Shown here piece after piece: positions 37,394 to 48,629 of a DNA stretch of 64,000 nt. Both the position numbers and the translations under genes were made by a program. Under the pieces are notes generated by a model that was given only the letters and a program-made list of their open reading frames with translations, did not search any database and was not told where the DNA came from. Position 1 is the stretch's first letter. Every line of letters starts with the position of its first letter. Source of the DNA: Asterias rubens (Eukaryota); assembly GCF_902459465.1 (NCBI RefSeq), contig NC_047062.1, positions 3,596,001 to 3,660,000 of the forward strand, written 5' to 3'.

Positions 37394-37498
37394 TGGCCAG
37401 ACGTTTCAACCCTACTTTTACTATGTCAGAGTTTTTCTCGAAGGCTAGCAGATTCTTCCTTATCCCTCGAAAAAGACTTTGCTTGAGTCGAAACCGCC
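37394..37498. repeat. Inverted pair of hammerhead-like motifs (Penelope-like pseudo-LTR remnant)
   Basis: Minus: GCC-TTCGAGAAA-AACTCT..AGGGTT-GAAAC-GTC-TGGC. Plus: CTCGAAAAA-GACT..AGTC-GAAAC. Cores are non-canonical. Confidence 0.45.
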
Positions 37499-38333
37499 AA
37501 TAACTATTTTTGATTTTGTATTGTGAAGTTAAATGGGAACGCGGCTTCCACTATGCTCACTTGGTTTATACATACGCAAAAAAAAGAAATACAAAAAAAA
37601 TACAAATCTATGTGCTGTGGTGCATTTATTTTTGGCTTTTATTGTCGCGAGTTCCAACAAAATTACGGATATTGACATAATTTATGACATACGATTTCCT
37701 TAAAAAAAAAACGTTCTTTCAAGACCGATGTCGAGAGCTGAAAGCTGCGTAATCCCCGTATTTTGTAGTGGGCCACTCGATGGTGTTACCACAGCGCAGC
37801 TACTATACAATATTCGCCATTAATGACCGATGTTTTGGCCATTTTTTCCCAAACAACGGTTTATTTCATTACGTAGCCTAAGTGTTTGGGGGGTACCGGT
37901 TCTCTTTGGTGTACCATTGCTCCATGGGGATGTGTACTCACTCTTTGAAGACATGGGCTACCAGTAACTTACTGGATAGGCCATTGAACTTTGGCATTTT
38001 CTTGGAACAGAGAAGGAAGTCGAATAATATTCTTCTATTTTCAGCGTTTAATTCTAAGTGTTTATAGTGGCGGAAATGAGCCGTGGAATGCAGAACAAAC
38101 ACGCTGGTCCTTGCTCTATGCACGCAGCTAATTTGTATGATCGTAGCATTAAAATTTATTGTTTACGAGAGTTCAACGTAAAGTTTGTGCACTTTGTGTT
38201 TTAGATTGGCATTTTCTTCATTCTGCCACAACTTTACCAGTCTATAAAACTCTCTTGTCATAATTGACTCTGGTACCTGATCCATTTCTGTGTCAGTATA
38301 ACCATATAGCTGGGTCCTAGCTATATGGTATAA

Positions 38334-38518
38334 AGCCCGGTTCATACTTCCTGCGAATGCGAATGCGAAGCGATAGTGACGTGAATTTGACGTCACAACC
38401 CTCCTTTCGCAGCGATATTCGCAAGTGAGTTGCCCAAAGTTGAACTGCTGGGAATAATTCGTTGCGAACTTGTGACGTCAACATTCGTGTCGCATTCGCA
38501 GGAAGTATGCACCGGGCT
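38334..38518. mobile_element. Harbinger-like MITE with TAA target duplication
   Basis: TAA-AGCCCGGTTCATACTTCCTGCGAATGCGA ... TCGCATTCGCAGGAAGTATGCACCGGGCT-TAA. Confidence 0.85.
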
Positions 38519-39029
38519 TAACCCGGAATCTGCATGTGTCCAAATGACCCATAATGGGTCAAACTGACGCAGAATCCGAGTTAACTTTCTATTCTGTTAG
38601 CGGTTTTCGGGTCAGCATGCATGGATGGGACACAACATCTGAGTTCTACCTTGTCTTTGCTTATATTATTGTACTTGTTTGTCTCAAGTTTCCCCTTTTA
38701 ATTTTTGTCTGACCGTGACCCGTCAGTTGTTGATTTTTTTTTTTTTTACTAACAACATTCAGAGCAGTTGTTTATTTATTTATTTTTTGTTTATTTTTCC
38801 GCCGATTTATTTTCTACTTCTCAATAAATAAATAAATGATTCGAGACTCTTTTAATGATGCTAATTTTTGACGAAAACACCCTTTCAAATCTTAAATTTT
38901 ATACAATACCTTAGTGGCTGTCGTGTAATGATCAAGTTTGATATTATTGTCACTATGGGCCCCCCATGAAGAAGGGAAACGTCCGCCATGTAACCACGGT
39001 TCCTAAAAAAACCTCAGCGGTGAGCCCAG

Positions 39030-39498
39030 CCGGTGTCGCATGCAATTATGTCCTCTATGCAATACTATCCGGAGGACATTATTGCATATGCAATAATATC
39101 CTCCGGACGGTTTTGCATATGCAATCGTGTCCCGCCCGGATGCTGCTTTATAATGCAATTGTGTCTGCCCGGACACATTTGCATATGCAGTTGTGTCCGC
39201 CCCCGTGCAAAACCGTCCTTGCAGTAAATTAGACGCCCTTGGTATACGGAATACATTCGCCATTTTTTTACAAGCTACATGGGAAATGTTCGGCCGTTGG
39301 GTATTCCCTGCAATCATATCATAGGTTCAGTGCATGCACGCTCGCTCAGGCGCGCACATACATGATTGTACAGATGTACAGTCATGTACATGTCCGCCGG
39401 ACGGTTTTTGCAAAGCCCCAGACCGGACACGATTGCATATGCAAAAGTGTCCGGAGCGGACAGTATAGCAAGGCGGACACAATTGCATCTGACACCGG
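39030..39498. mobile_element. Fold-back element with internal palindromic subrepeats
   Basis: CCGGTGTCGCATGCAATT ... AATTGCATCTGACACCGG termini, with multiple GGAC..TTGCATATGCA units. Confidence 0.7.
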
Positions 39499-40050
39499 AA
39501 CAAGTACGGAGTGATGAGGGTCCGTCCCTCGTCCCCAATCCTACCCGCACCCCTTGAGTTAGGTCTATACCCTCATGGTCCCCCCCCCCCACTACACACA
39601 AACCGGAAGCGTTCTTCAGTTCTTGCCAAGGTCTCAGAACCATTTAGTTTCGTAAGAATGAAGTATTATTAGTTTTTTACCCAAGGCTATTGGAAGTGGG
39701 TTCACGGTTGTTGTTTTTATCCTCGAGGTAAACTTAGATGGCGCCTGCGTTATTTTCGTTCACCGCGGAAGACGACACCATTTCTATACCCCTACTTATT
39801 TTTCAAATCTTTTACTCAGTTCACTATGAGTTGCTGCTCCTTCCAAACTTTCCTCAGGGGACTGTCTACAGAGATCGAAAGGATAGAAATTAATTTGACT
39901 GACCAGTTTATTATTGAAACTTCATTCCTTGTGAGTCACTAGGAGCTTGTGGTCATGACACGATGTTTGTTGAACGCGAACTTGACATTGGAAACCACGT
40001 TGAACCACGGATGCAATGATACTCGGCTGTCTTCAATTAAAAAACAACAA

Positions 40051-40384
40051 AACTCGGGTTTTTGTTTACTTCTTTATGATTCAACAGATAGAACTACACT
40101 CTAACCCCGTCATTTAGATGGAAACATTATCAACTCGGGTTTTTGTTTACTCCTTTATGATTCAACAGATAGAACTACACTCTAATCCCGTCATTTAGAT
40201 GGAAACATTATCAACTCGGGTTTTTGTTTACTCCTTTATGATTCAACAGATATGAACTACACTCTAACCCCGTCACTATTTAGATGGAAACATTATCAAC
40301 TCGGGTTTTTGTTCACTCCTTCATGATTCAACAGATAGAACTACACTCTAACCCCGTCACTATTTAGATGGGAACATTATCAAC
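40051..40384. repeat. Minisatellite, 81-85-bp unit x4
   Basis: AACTCGGGTTTTTGTT..TGATTCAACAGATA..GAACTACACTCTAA.CCCGTCA..TTTAGATGG.AACATTATC starts at 40051, 40132, 40213 and 40298. Confidence 0.95.
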
Positions 40385-40699
40385 ATCTTAGATTTCTAAT
40401 GTTGTCCTGCAAATTGATTAACTACGTGTTAAATGATTATATGCTATTTAATTTGTTTGTATTTCTTATATACGATTCACAAAAAGCATGTCAGAATTGA
40501 GCCGGAGTCTGGGTGCAGGGGGCTTGACCAATTTGTGGGTCAGTTTGACCCGGAATTTCGTTGAAAATAAATGGTGTTTTTTTTTTGTACAGGTTTGTTA
40601 TTTATTTTTATGCAGTGAGAAGACTTTTTCTTTGACAAAGTACCAATACAGTGTCTTTCAAGAATGCGTTGAGTGAATCACACTGTTTAAAATTAAATC

Positions 40700-40919
40700 A
40701 ATTTTTTGGTAATTGTCAAAGATCAGTAATCTCACTTGGTGTATCCCTACATAATATGCCTAATGGCAAATATGTGAACATTTTGACTCATGGTTATCGA
40801 CGTTGCAAGAGAAAAAGACGGAGAAACACACTTGTTGCAGTTCTCCAATGCTCGTTACCAAGTACGTTTTTATGCCGACATTTCTTTTGAGAAATTACCA
40901 ATAGTGACCAGTGCCTTTA
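40700..40919 (-). mobile_element. Degenerate family A MITE
   Basis: GGTAATTGTCAAAGATCAG..CTCACTTGGTGTATC ... TTACCAATAGTGACCAGTGCCTTTA. Confidence 0.65.
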
Positions 40920-43069
40920 TAAATTCAAATCAAATTCAAGTATGTAAGTTAGACCATTCAAAATATATATTTCTTGCGAGTGAAACTTATGATATGAATA
41001 GTTGTTTTTGCACATTGCATTTTTATTTATGCGCTGGTATATTGACTTCACAATCAATTCTCAATAACAATTCGGTCAAGTTGAAAATGTACTCAATATT
41101 TCTAAATAATTCGCTGCAAATACAGAGTTTTTAAGAATTCTCATAGGCCTAACGTATTAACCGGGTTTTCTCTCGAACTTGTGTAATTAGAATGAGGATC
41201 CTATTTCAGAAATGACGGTTCCAGAGAGAGTCTGTCAACATTTCGGGATCATCGTGTGAGTCATTTTCCGCAGAGGGAGACGTGGTTAATGGCAGCTTTG
41301 ATGCTTCTTGCGCAACCATTAACTAGTAAAGAGGAGGGAGCTACGGCAATAGTTGCACGTGCGCTCAGCAGAACTTGTTTACAAGTTGTGACAAAGGTCC
41401 AAACTCCTGTTTTAGTCGAAAGACAGAAAGAATAGAAGTGCCTAGGCGCACGTTGACAATAATGAAATGCGACCAGGATAATGATCTATAATAAACCATT
41501 TTTTTTTTAAACAATGTTGCTAAATAATGAATACAATCAATCATTTTTTTTCAGTGTGTAAGCTTATACAAAAATCATCTCAAGCAGATGCGAAAATATA
41601 TTTTGAGACATTGTTTTTTTGCATGTGGTAGGGGGTGTCCCAGGGAATTCTGTCCCACTCACGTGAAATTATCAAGGCTGTAGTATCAAAAGAGGGCGCT
41701 ATATCAGAAGAAGTTTGCACAAAAGGGGCAACAACCGAATCCCAGGCATGGAGGCCATAATCTTCTACCACCTATGAATTTGTGTTTCCATTTCACAAAC
41801 AATATTACCTATATAAATCTGTAGTTTGCATGTTACTTAAACAGCTATTGAGCGAAAAGTTTGCAAGGGCACTGCCTTTTTCATTTGTTTATAATAATGT
41901 GTTTGTTCGTCATAATTTTGATACTTTTTCACTTTTGAATTTGTCGCTATTCGATCAAAAAAATCATTAGTCCCCAACCTCATGGTTTTGAAAAACTATG
42001 GCTGAACTTCGCCGTTGACGGTGGTGTTGTGCGTCAACAATATAATACTTTGACGTTTTTGTGGAAGTTTTCTTTGTACTTATACCTCCATGTTGCAAAA
42101 CAATTTACAAAACGGAGCTCTATATCTACATATTCAGCTACTTGTCAAAGCCTATTCAGCACTAGACAGCATCAAGCTCCCATGATAAAACTAATGATGT
42201 AACATGGTTAATGACAGGGCTTTTCACGAATCTTCCGAAAAGCTCCGAAAGATCAAAGAGGTCGGTATCTAAAATGATTTGGGGTTTTGTTTCAATTTAA
42301 ATTTGTTTACTCTAGTAGCTTGCATGTGAGCCCGAATTCCATCTGTAATTTTCCGGTGTGCCCTGCCCGCTCTTCGCCTCTTTGCTATACACGTTTTATA
42401 AGATAATCTGGACTTTGGGTGAACAAAATGTACGAATTGTCTGCGTGTAGATAGGAAAAATAGCCAAAATGTTGAAGTTTTTTTTTTTTTTTTTTTTTTT
42501 TTGGGGGGGGGGCACTTTTACCAGAAGAGCAGGAGCAAGGTGAAAGGTAAATCATTGTTTTGGCGAGCTCATAAATCCCGGTCAGCAATAAGCATTTTAC
42601 CGAATGGTCTGAGTTTACCTTAGTACAGTCTTTTTGAGGACTAACTTCGTTCACATTAGTTGCTTTTCATTAATCACAGTGACACGATTATAGCCTGTGA
42701 AAATATTAAATAAAATTAAATAAATAAAATTTGCACATTTTCGCATGCAGTTTTTAGATTGCCGCAAATGTAACGGTAATTCGAATGTCTTTAAATGATA
42801 ATTCAATGTATTTAACATGTAGGCCATTTGAGACCGAAATAACCCGTGATTCAAATGGCGTTTTACATTCTGGCATGAATTTAGGATAACCTAAAGTTCT
42901 CTGGTTAAAACCTTTCTTTTTTTCTACCGGATGATATTGCAAATACTTAAGGCCTACTTTAGTTTAAATTAAGACAAATTAACTGAACAAATGTAGGACG
43001 ATTTTGGATGACTAGAAAGACTTATGTCTAATTTACTTGGCGTTGTGTAAACCAAGAATAGTCCTGGCG

Positions 43070-43179
43070 CTCGCGTGGTATAGCGCCCTCGTTTGAATTT
43101 TGTTGCAACCTTTTGTTATTGCAAGCACCCCCTCTCTTGTTGTGTCTGTCATCCTTTTCAGATTGAAGACGTCCGCGCC
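43070..43179 (+). other. Putative non-coding first exon / promoter-proximal region of the FOLH1-like gene
   Basis: CpG-enriched context and a consensus donor CC|GTAAGT at 43180. A good acceptor (tttttctattatttgatcaaacag|) lies at 49964, upstream of the ATG. Linkage is inference; the start position is arbitrary. Confidence 0.35.
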
Positions 43180-43441
43180 GTAAGTAAACTTTAAAGTGAA
43201 AGAAAGTGATGAAGTTGTATTGTAGGCCCTAATTTGTCATCAATTTTTCCTATTGTGGAAACTACACGTACGTATGTACGTAGGGACGTAGTGCCAGTTA
43301 GTTTAAAGTCAGGGTTATACAAGTGGACAATAACAAAAACATACACTTCTCAGTTGTTTGACTACATGCGTATGAAGAAACCAGGTAAGCCGAAATCATG
43401 AATAGCCCAGAGTCCTAGACATGAGTCGAGAGGTAGAAATA

Positions 43442-43532
43442 CTGGGGCACTGTACTCCTTTTTCGAAATTTTGACCGATAATGTCAAAATTTCGAAAAAG
43501 GAATACCATGCGCCCCAGCTTCTGGGTCTTAC
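43442..43532. mobile_element. Short fold-back element (20-bp perfect stem)
   Basis: TCCTTTTTCGAAATTTTGAC-cgataat-GTCAAAATTTCGAAAAAGGA, flanked by direct repeat TAGAAATA. Confidence 0.6.
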
Positions 43533-43550
43533 TAGAAATAGCTATTAGGC

Positions 43551-43614
43551 TACTTCTAGAAACTATGGCTCCCCTGTGAGCAGGGGAGCCTTAGGCCTAT
43601 AGTTTCTAGAAGTA
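43551..43614. repeat. Short fold-back element
   Basis: TACTTCTAGAAACTAT-GGCTCCCCTG-tgag-CAGGGGAGCC-(8-nt bulge)-ATAGTTTCTAGAAGTA. Confidence 0.7.
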
Positions 43615-43844
43615 GTATTACTGTTTAGGCCTACTTAGTAATATTGGTTGGGTTCTTTGCCAACTGAACTATCCAAACTATTTTTGATGATTAACAAACA
43701 AGCCCATGGAGCTACGTCTAAGTTGCTAGATATGGTGTGAAGTTTTTGTATTTGATGAGGCTCATCAGTTATGTTGTTAACATGTTAACCACATTACAAT
43801 GATAAATAACAAAAAACGGCATACCCATATCATATGACCGGGGG

Positions 43845-43946
43845 TACTCCTAGAACTATGAGGTTCGTTCGGCTATCGTATCGTCTCCGTGACGGGAGAC
43901 TATAGCCGAACGAACCTCAGTGAGTCATGACATAGTTCTAGGAGTA
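43845..43946. mobile_element. Short fold-back element with 9-bp target duplication (Mutator-like)
   Basis: 16-bp TIR TACTCCTAGAACTATG / CATAGTTCTAGGAGTA plus an inner 18-bp stem. GACCGGGGG on both sides. Confidence 0.75.
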
Positions 43947-44018
43947 GACCGGGGGGTTACTGGTGTCCGACATGGCCAAAGAAGAAGGGAAATCTGTCCC
44001 CCGGAGCATGGGAGGGAA

Positions 44019-44088
44019 TAGTTGCAATATAACGTAACCCTCCTCCCGACGGCAGGAGGAGGGTTACGTTGTCACAACTATTAGCCTA
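44019..44088. mobile_element. Short fold-back element with 9-bp target duplication (Mutator-like)
   Basis: 16-bp perfect stem AACGTAACCCTCCTCC / GGAGGAGGGTTACGTT. GGGAGGGAA at 44010-44018 and 44089-44097. Confidence 0.7.
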
Positions 44089-44900
44089 GGGAGGGAAATC
44101 ATATTTGAAAGCCAATAATTATTTGCACTTTTTATTTAATTTTGTGTGTGTGCAAATTACCATGGTAATTTATAAAATGTCATAAAACATATTTTGAATA
44201 AAATGAAGACAGCTGCTGGCTATAGAGTCATACACAAAGTCTCACAGAATACTTGTAGTCACTGCAGATGTTTCTTCCACGTATGGCTTCATCAGTATTG
44301 TCAGGAAAAACTATAAACAAATGGGATGTATCAAAGTCGTTGAAGATCGGGGTGTGGTGTGAAAATTTCAATGTCCATCAAGTTTTAATATGTTTGCATA
44401 CTTCTTGTAAACAAATGAAGGTAATTAGCCCTAGGGCATCAGTTGATATGGCATCATTATTTGTTTTCTCCAAATTCAAAGAAAAAGGCGTAATAAAAAT
44501 ACCTTGAAAACAGGACAGGGGAGGATACCCACTCACTATCAGGGTATTCATTATGGGAAATTAATGTGGGCTGGAGGACACTCAGGAGGATAATTCAAAG
44601 AGGGCGCTATCACTCGGAAGTTTTGTACACAGTTCACCCACTGATCTATATCTGACTCTGAGGAGAGAGAGAGAGAGGGGGGGGGAAACGGTTGAAAAAT
44701 GTATTGTGTCATATTGACCCCTTGCACAAGCGTCACACGCGGCGACTGATCCGCGCTCACCATGTTAGTGGACAAGTTAGGTTTACGTGTATTAATGCCG
44801 CGTTGCCTAAAATGCCAGTGAAATTGCCCACCAGTATGGCGCATTCAAGATTTTTTTGATGATAATGTCAGGTGAAATGGGTCAATATTGACATATATAC

Positions 44901-45234
44901 TAAGCTTGGGCGATATCACGGTATTTTCGAATATCGCGATATTATGGATTTGGTTTTAATCGAAATATCGATATATCGCGATAATCGCGATATATCGCGA
45001 TATCGATTAAATATCGCGATGTATTTGCTAGCTGAGAAATCTTGCACCCCATAGGTTTGGAGTAAAACCAGACAAATAGGTCATTAGAACACCTCTCTTA
45101 TGCTATGACTGTCTCTTCTCCAACTTTCACTTGGAGTTTGAAGACTGATGATGTCAAATTTAATTAATCGCGACTATATCGAATATCGCGACATATTGTC
45201 GGCGAATAAAATAAATCGATATCGCCCAAGCTTA
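44901..45234. mobile_element. hAT-like MITE
   Basis: TAAGCTTGGGCGATATC ... GATATCGCCCAAGCTTA, 8-bp flanks ATATATAC/ACATATAC (7 of 8 match), interior rich in ATATCGCGAT. Confidence 0.8.
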
Positions 45235-45387
45235 ACATATACAGGGTCAGATGGGCATAGTTTGTTGACTACAAAACAAAGATGCTACAATCCTATGGTA
45301 GTATGGTCACTTCTCCTAGACACCACTCCACATCTTGCTGTGCTCAGCAGATGGTGGTGTACTTGGGTTAGGTAAAATCACAGCTGT

Positions 45388-45763
45388 TAAAGACACTGGA
45401 CACTATTGGTAATTGTCAAAGACCAATTTACTCACTTACGTTTCTCAATGTCTAAAATAACCTGTGAAAATTTGAGCTGGATTGATCGTCGGAGTTGTGA
45501 GATAACTATGAAAGAAAAAAACACCCTTGTCACACGAAGTTGTGTGCTTTCAGATGCTTGATTTCGAGACCTCAAATTCTAAATCTGAGGTCTCAAAATC
45601 AAATTCGTTAAAAATTACTTCTTTCTCGAAAACTCTGTTACTTCAGAGGGAGCCGTTTCTCACAATGTTTTATACTATCAACCTCTCCCCATTACTTGTT
45701 ACCAAGTGAGGTTTTATGCTGATAATTATTTTGAGTAATTACCAATAATGTCCACTGCCTTTA
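45388..45763 (-). mobile_element. Kolobok-like MITE family A (A1)
   Basis: TTAAAGACACTGGACAC ... GTCCACTGCCTTTAA. Confidence 0.85.
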
Positions 45764-46029
45764 AAACTAACAAAAGTTTGTTCTTTAAACTGGAAACATG
45801 TAGTGTTAAGACGCTCGCAGGACGTTTGTTGGAGAAGTCCACATCCGTGCTGTTAGCTTACCGTGCTAACACCTTTTACAGAAGACAGTTTTATGATTGG
45901 GAATAGAATCAACCAACCCCAGAATTGGCGAAATGGGCGGGTGAAGATACTTTTCTCAAAGCTTAATTCTTCATAAGTTAGTTTTTGTTTTTTGTCAATG
46001 GATATTTGGTAAGGTTTATGATGACACAT

Positions 46030-46370
46030 TAAAGGCGGTGGACACTATTGGTTATTACTCAAAACAATTATTAGCATAAAACTTTACTAGGTAACAAGTA
46101 ATTGGGAGATGTTGATAACATGTACTATGAAATAGACAATATGTTTTTTTTTTTTTTTTTTTTTTTGCAAGTCCAACATGCATTCAACCATTTTGGCATG
46201 ATTAGTGAAGTCTCATTTACATAGCCTTAAAGGCAGTGGACACTATTGGAAATTACTCAAAATAGTTATTAGCATAAAATCTAACTTGGCAAAGAGCAAT
46301 GAGGAGCTGCAGATAGTTTAAAACAATGTGAGAAACGGCTCCTGCTGAAGTAGTGTAGTTTTCGAGACAA
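46030..46370 (+). mobile_element. Two truncated family A MITE left arms (start 46030 and 46228)
   Basis: TTAAAGGC(G/A)GTGGACACTATTGG..TACTCAAAA occurs twice; no right TIRs. Confidence 0.7.
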
Positions 46371-46751
46371 TGGGGGTTGCAACAAGAGGAGGTAACCCTC
46401 CTGTGTTTGAATACCCAAACTGCTGTGAAATAAATGCTTCACTGGCAATGACAAAGTAAGTTGAAGTATTCCTAAAACGCACATTTTTAGAGAATAATGC
46501 ATATTAAATAATAATTAAAATATGAATTTTGAAGTTATTTGCTGTTAAGAGTTGGTCTGTAAGTAGTGATACATTATCAGCGTACACACCAGCACCAAAG
46601 GATACAAATTGGCCAGAAATTCACAGTGTGCCCCAATTTAGGTGTTTTCAGCGGTTTTAGGCTGATTTAGCCAATATCCTAGCCAGTGTGATTCTCGTTT
46701 GAGTTTCTTCTGAAATCACCTCGAAGTCTGCACTATGTCGTAATTTAATTC

Positions 46752-46913
46752 TTTTGGGTTGAACAAAGAAAAATTTACTTGAGCAGGATTTGAACTTATG
46801 ACTTCTGGATTGACACCTGACCAACTGACTGTGGCTAGACTGCTCAGCTGAGCAATCCAGAGGATGCAGGTTTAAATCCTGCTCTAGTCAATTTGTCTTC
46901 GTTCAACCCAAAA
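46752..46913. mobile_element. Head-to-head inverted pair of the tRNA-like elements seen at 17011-17405
   Basis: TTTTGGGTTGAAC..GAGCAGGATTTGAAC ... GTTTAAATCCTGCTC..GTTCAACCCAAAA. Confidence 0.65.
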
Positions 46914-47201
46914 TTATTTAAAATATACCAAGTCGGTTTCCATAATATTCAATTCTTGTAAAAAATAAGATGTTGACTAACGGCTGATTTACGCAGATTG
47001 TTTACAGCACACAGCACACATTTAAGTTAACAAAGCAATCATTCCAATGCTGACAAATATCTTATCCTTGGAACAGTGGTACTTGTGGTTGGCCTATTTA
47101 TTCATGTTTATTGTAAAGTCAGATGGATATATAAAATTAGTCCATTGTATTTACAGTCCATTGTAATTTCTCTGCTCTGGGCACAGAAAAATTGCTTCAA
47201 A

Positions 47202-47415
47202 AGACGATGCCACCTCTGTTTACATTCAAATTGCCCTCTGTTGACAAAACACTGTCCAATCCATGTTTCGCCAGGCAAAACGACCATAACGTAGTCATTG
47301 TAAGATTGCGTACACGTACTTTCTTGCTGGCTGCCAAAACACAAAGGTTTTGCACGGCAGCATGCGCGCGAATTATGTTATGGTTTTTGAGTGACGTCAG
47401 AGGTCACATCGTCTA
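47202..47415. mobile_element. MITE, second copy of 4144-4354
   Basis: Near end-to-end similarity, ending GAGTGACGTCAGAGGTCACATCGTCTA. Confidence 0.8.
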
Positions 47416-48029
47416 AAAGAATATTATATATATGAAAACATTAGCTCTCACAATGAAGAGTGCGATTGCTTTCTTCGTAGGATCAGTTGATGTGTAAACA
47501 TGCCCAAGGCATCTGAGAAATAGTTAACACTTGGCTGGAAGAAAACAAAGGAAGCTCCAATAGTCTCCACAGATTGGTTGCCTTGGCTTAGGTCTGACTA
47601 TAAATGCATACCGACATTTACCCCAAAAAACTGTGATTACCCGCAGGCCGTTTCCCACCTGACTGTTACCAAGCAGTGTCTGTCTCTAGGGCAACCCTAA
47701 TCACGTTATATTATCCAACGCTCATTTTAGCTTTCAAAGGTGCTGATTTTAGGTCACTAAGTACAACATTCCAAGGCATAATCAACACTGTTTTGAAAAG
47801 AGGGGATGACATGGTGTCTTGATCTATTGATCCCAATCACACAAAATCTTGAAAGATGGTTTGCCACTCACAGGCTTTTGACTTGTGGCAGGTACCTCGG
47901 AGGTCCCCACTGTTGAAAATAGTTTTGATTTGAGTAAATTTTGGTTTTTGACTGCAAAACCTTCTCTTTGTTTTGATTCAATTTGATGGATTTGGTGTTG
48001 TATCTCTCAAGCCATTGACATGTTATGAC

Positions 48030-48629
48030 CAGGATCCTATTTCATAAAGTTGTTAATGGCAGTGGACACTATTGGTAATTACTCAAAAAGAATTAAGCAT
48101 AAAACCTCACTTGGTAATGAGTTATGGGGAGAGGTTGATAGTATAAAACATTGTGAGAAGCAGCTCCCTCTGAAGTTACGTAGTTTTTGAGAATGAAGTA
48201 ATTTTCCACAAATTTGATTTTGAGACCTCAGATTTAGAATAAGAGGTCTCGGAATCAACCACCTAACTGTCTAAAAGCACACAACTTCGTGTGACAAGGG
48301 TGTTTTTTCTTTCATAGTCATCTCCCAAACCCCATGACCAATTGAGCTCAAATTGTCACAGGTTTATTATTTTATGCATATGTTGAGATACACCAAGTGA
48401 GAAGACTTGTCTTTGACAATTACCAATAGTCATAATAGTGTCCAGGGTCTAGCAGAAAATACTGCTTACAAAATGTATTTGCTAGCAAAAAAAGAATAAA
48501 TGAGTAGGGCACCAGTCACAACAAGGTAAACCTTAATGAATGTTTGCTGGTAACTTGTTCCTGCTAAGCAATACTTTTCTGTGCTTAGCAAGTAAGTTTT
48601 TACGCTTTATGCCTTATGAAATTGGGACC
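48030..48629. mobile_element. Harbinger-like MITE carrying a nested family A MITE (48054-48450)
   Basis: CAGGATCCTATTTCATAAAG ... TTATGAAATTGGGACC outer termini; the family A body lies inside. Confidence 0.65.

Noticed and set aside
38966-39643. Cluster of six short ORFs
   Set aside because: Generated by the GC-rich palindromic element at 39030-39498.
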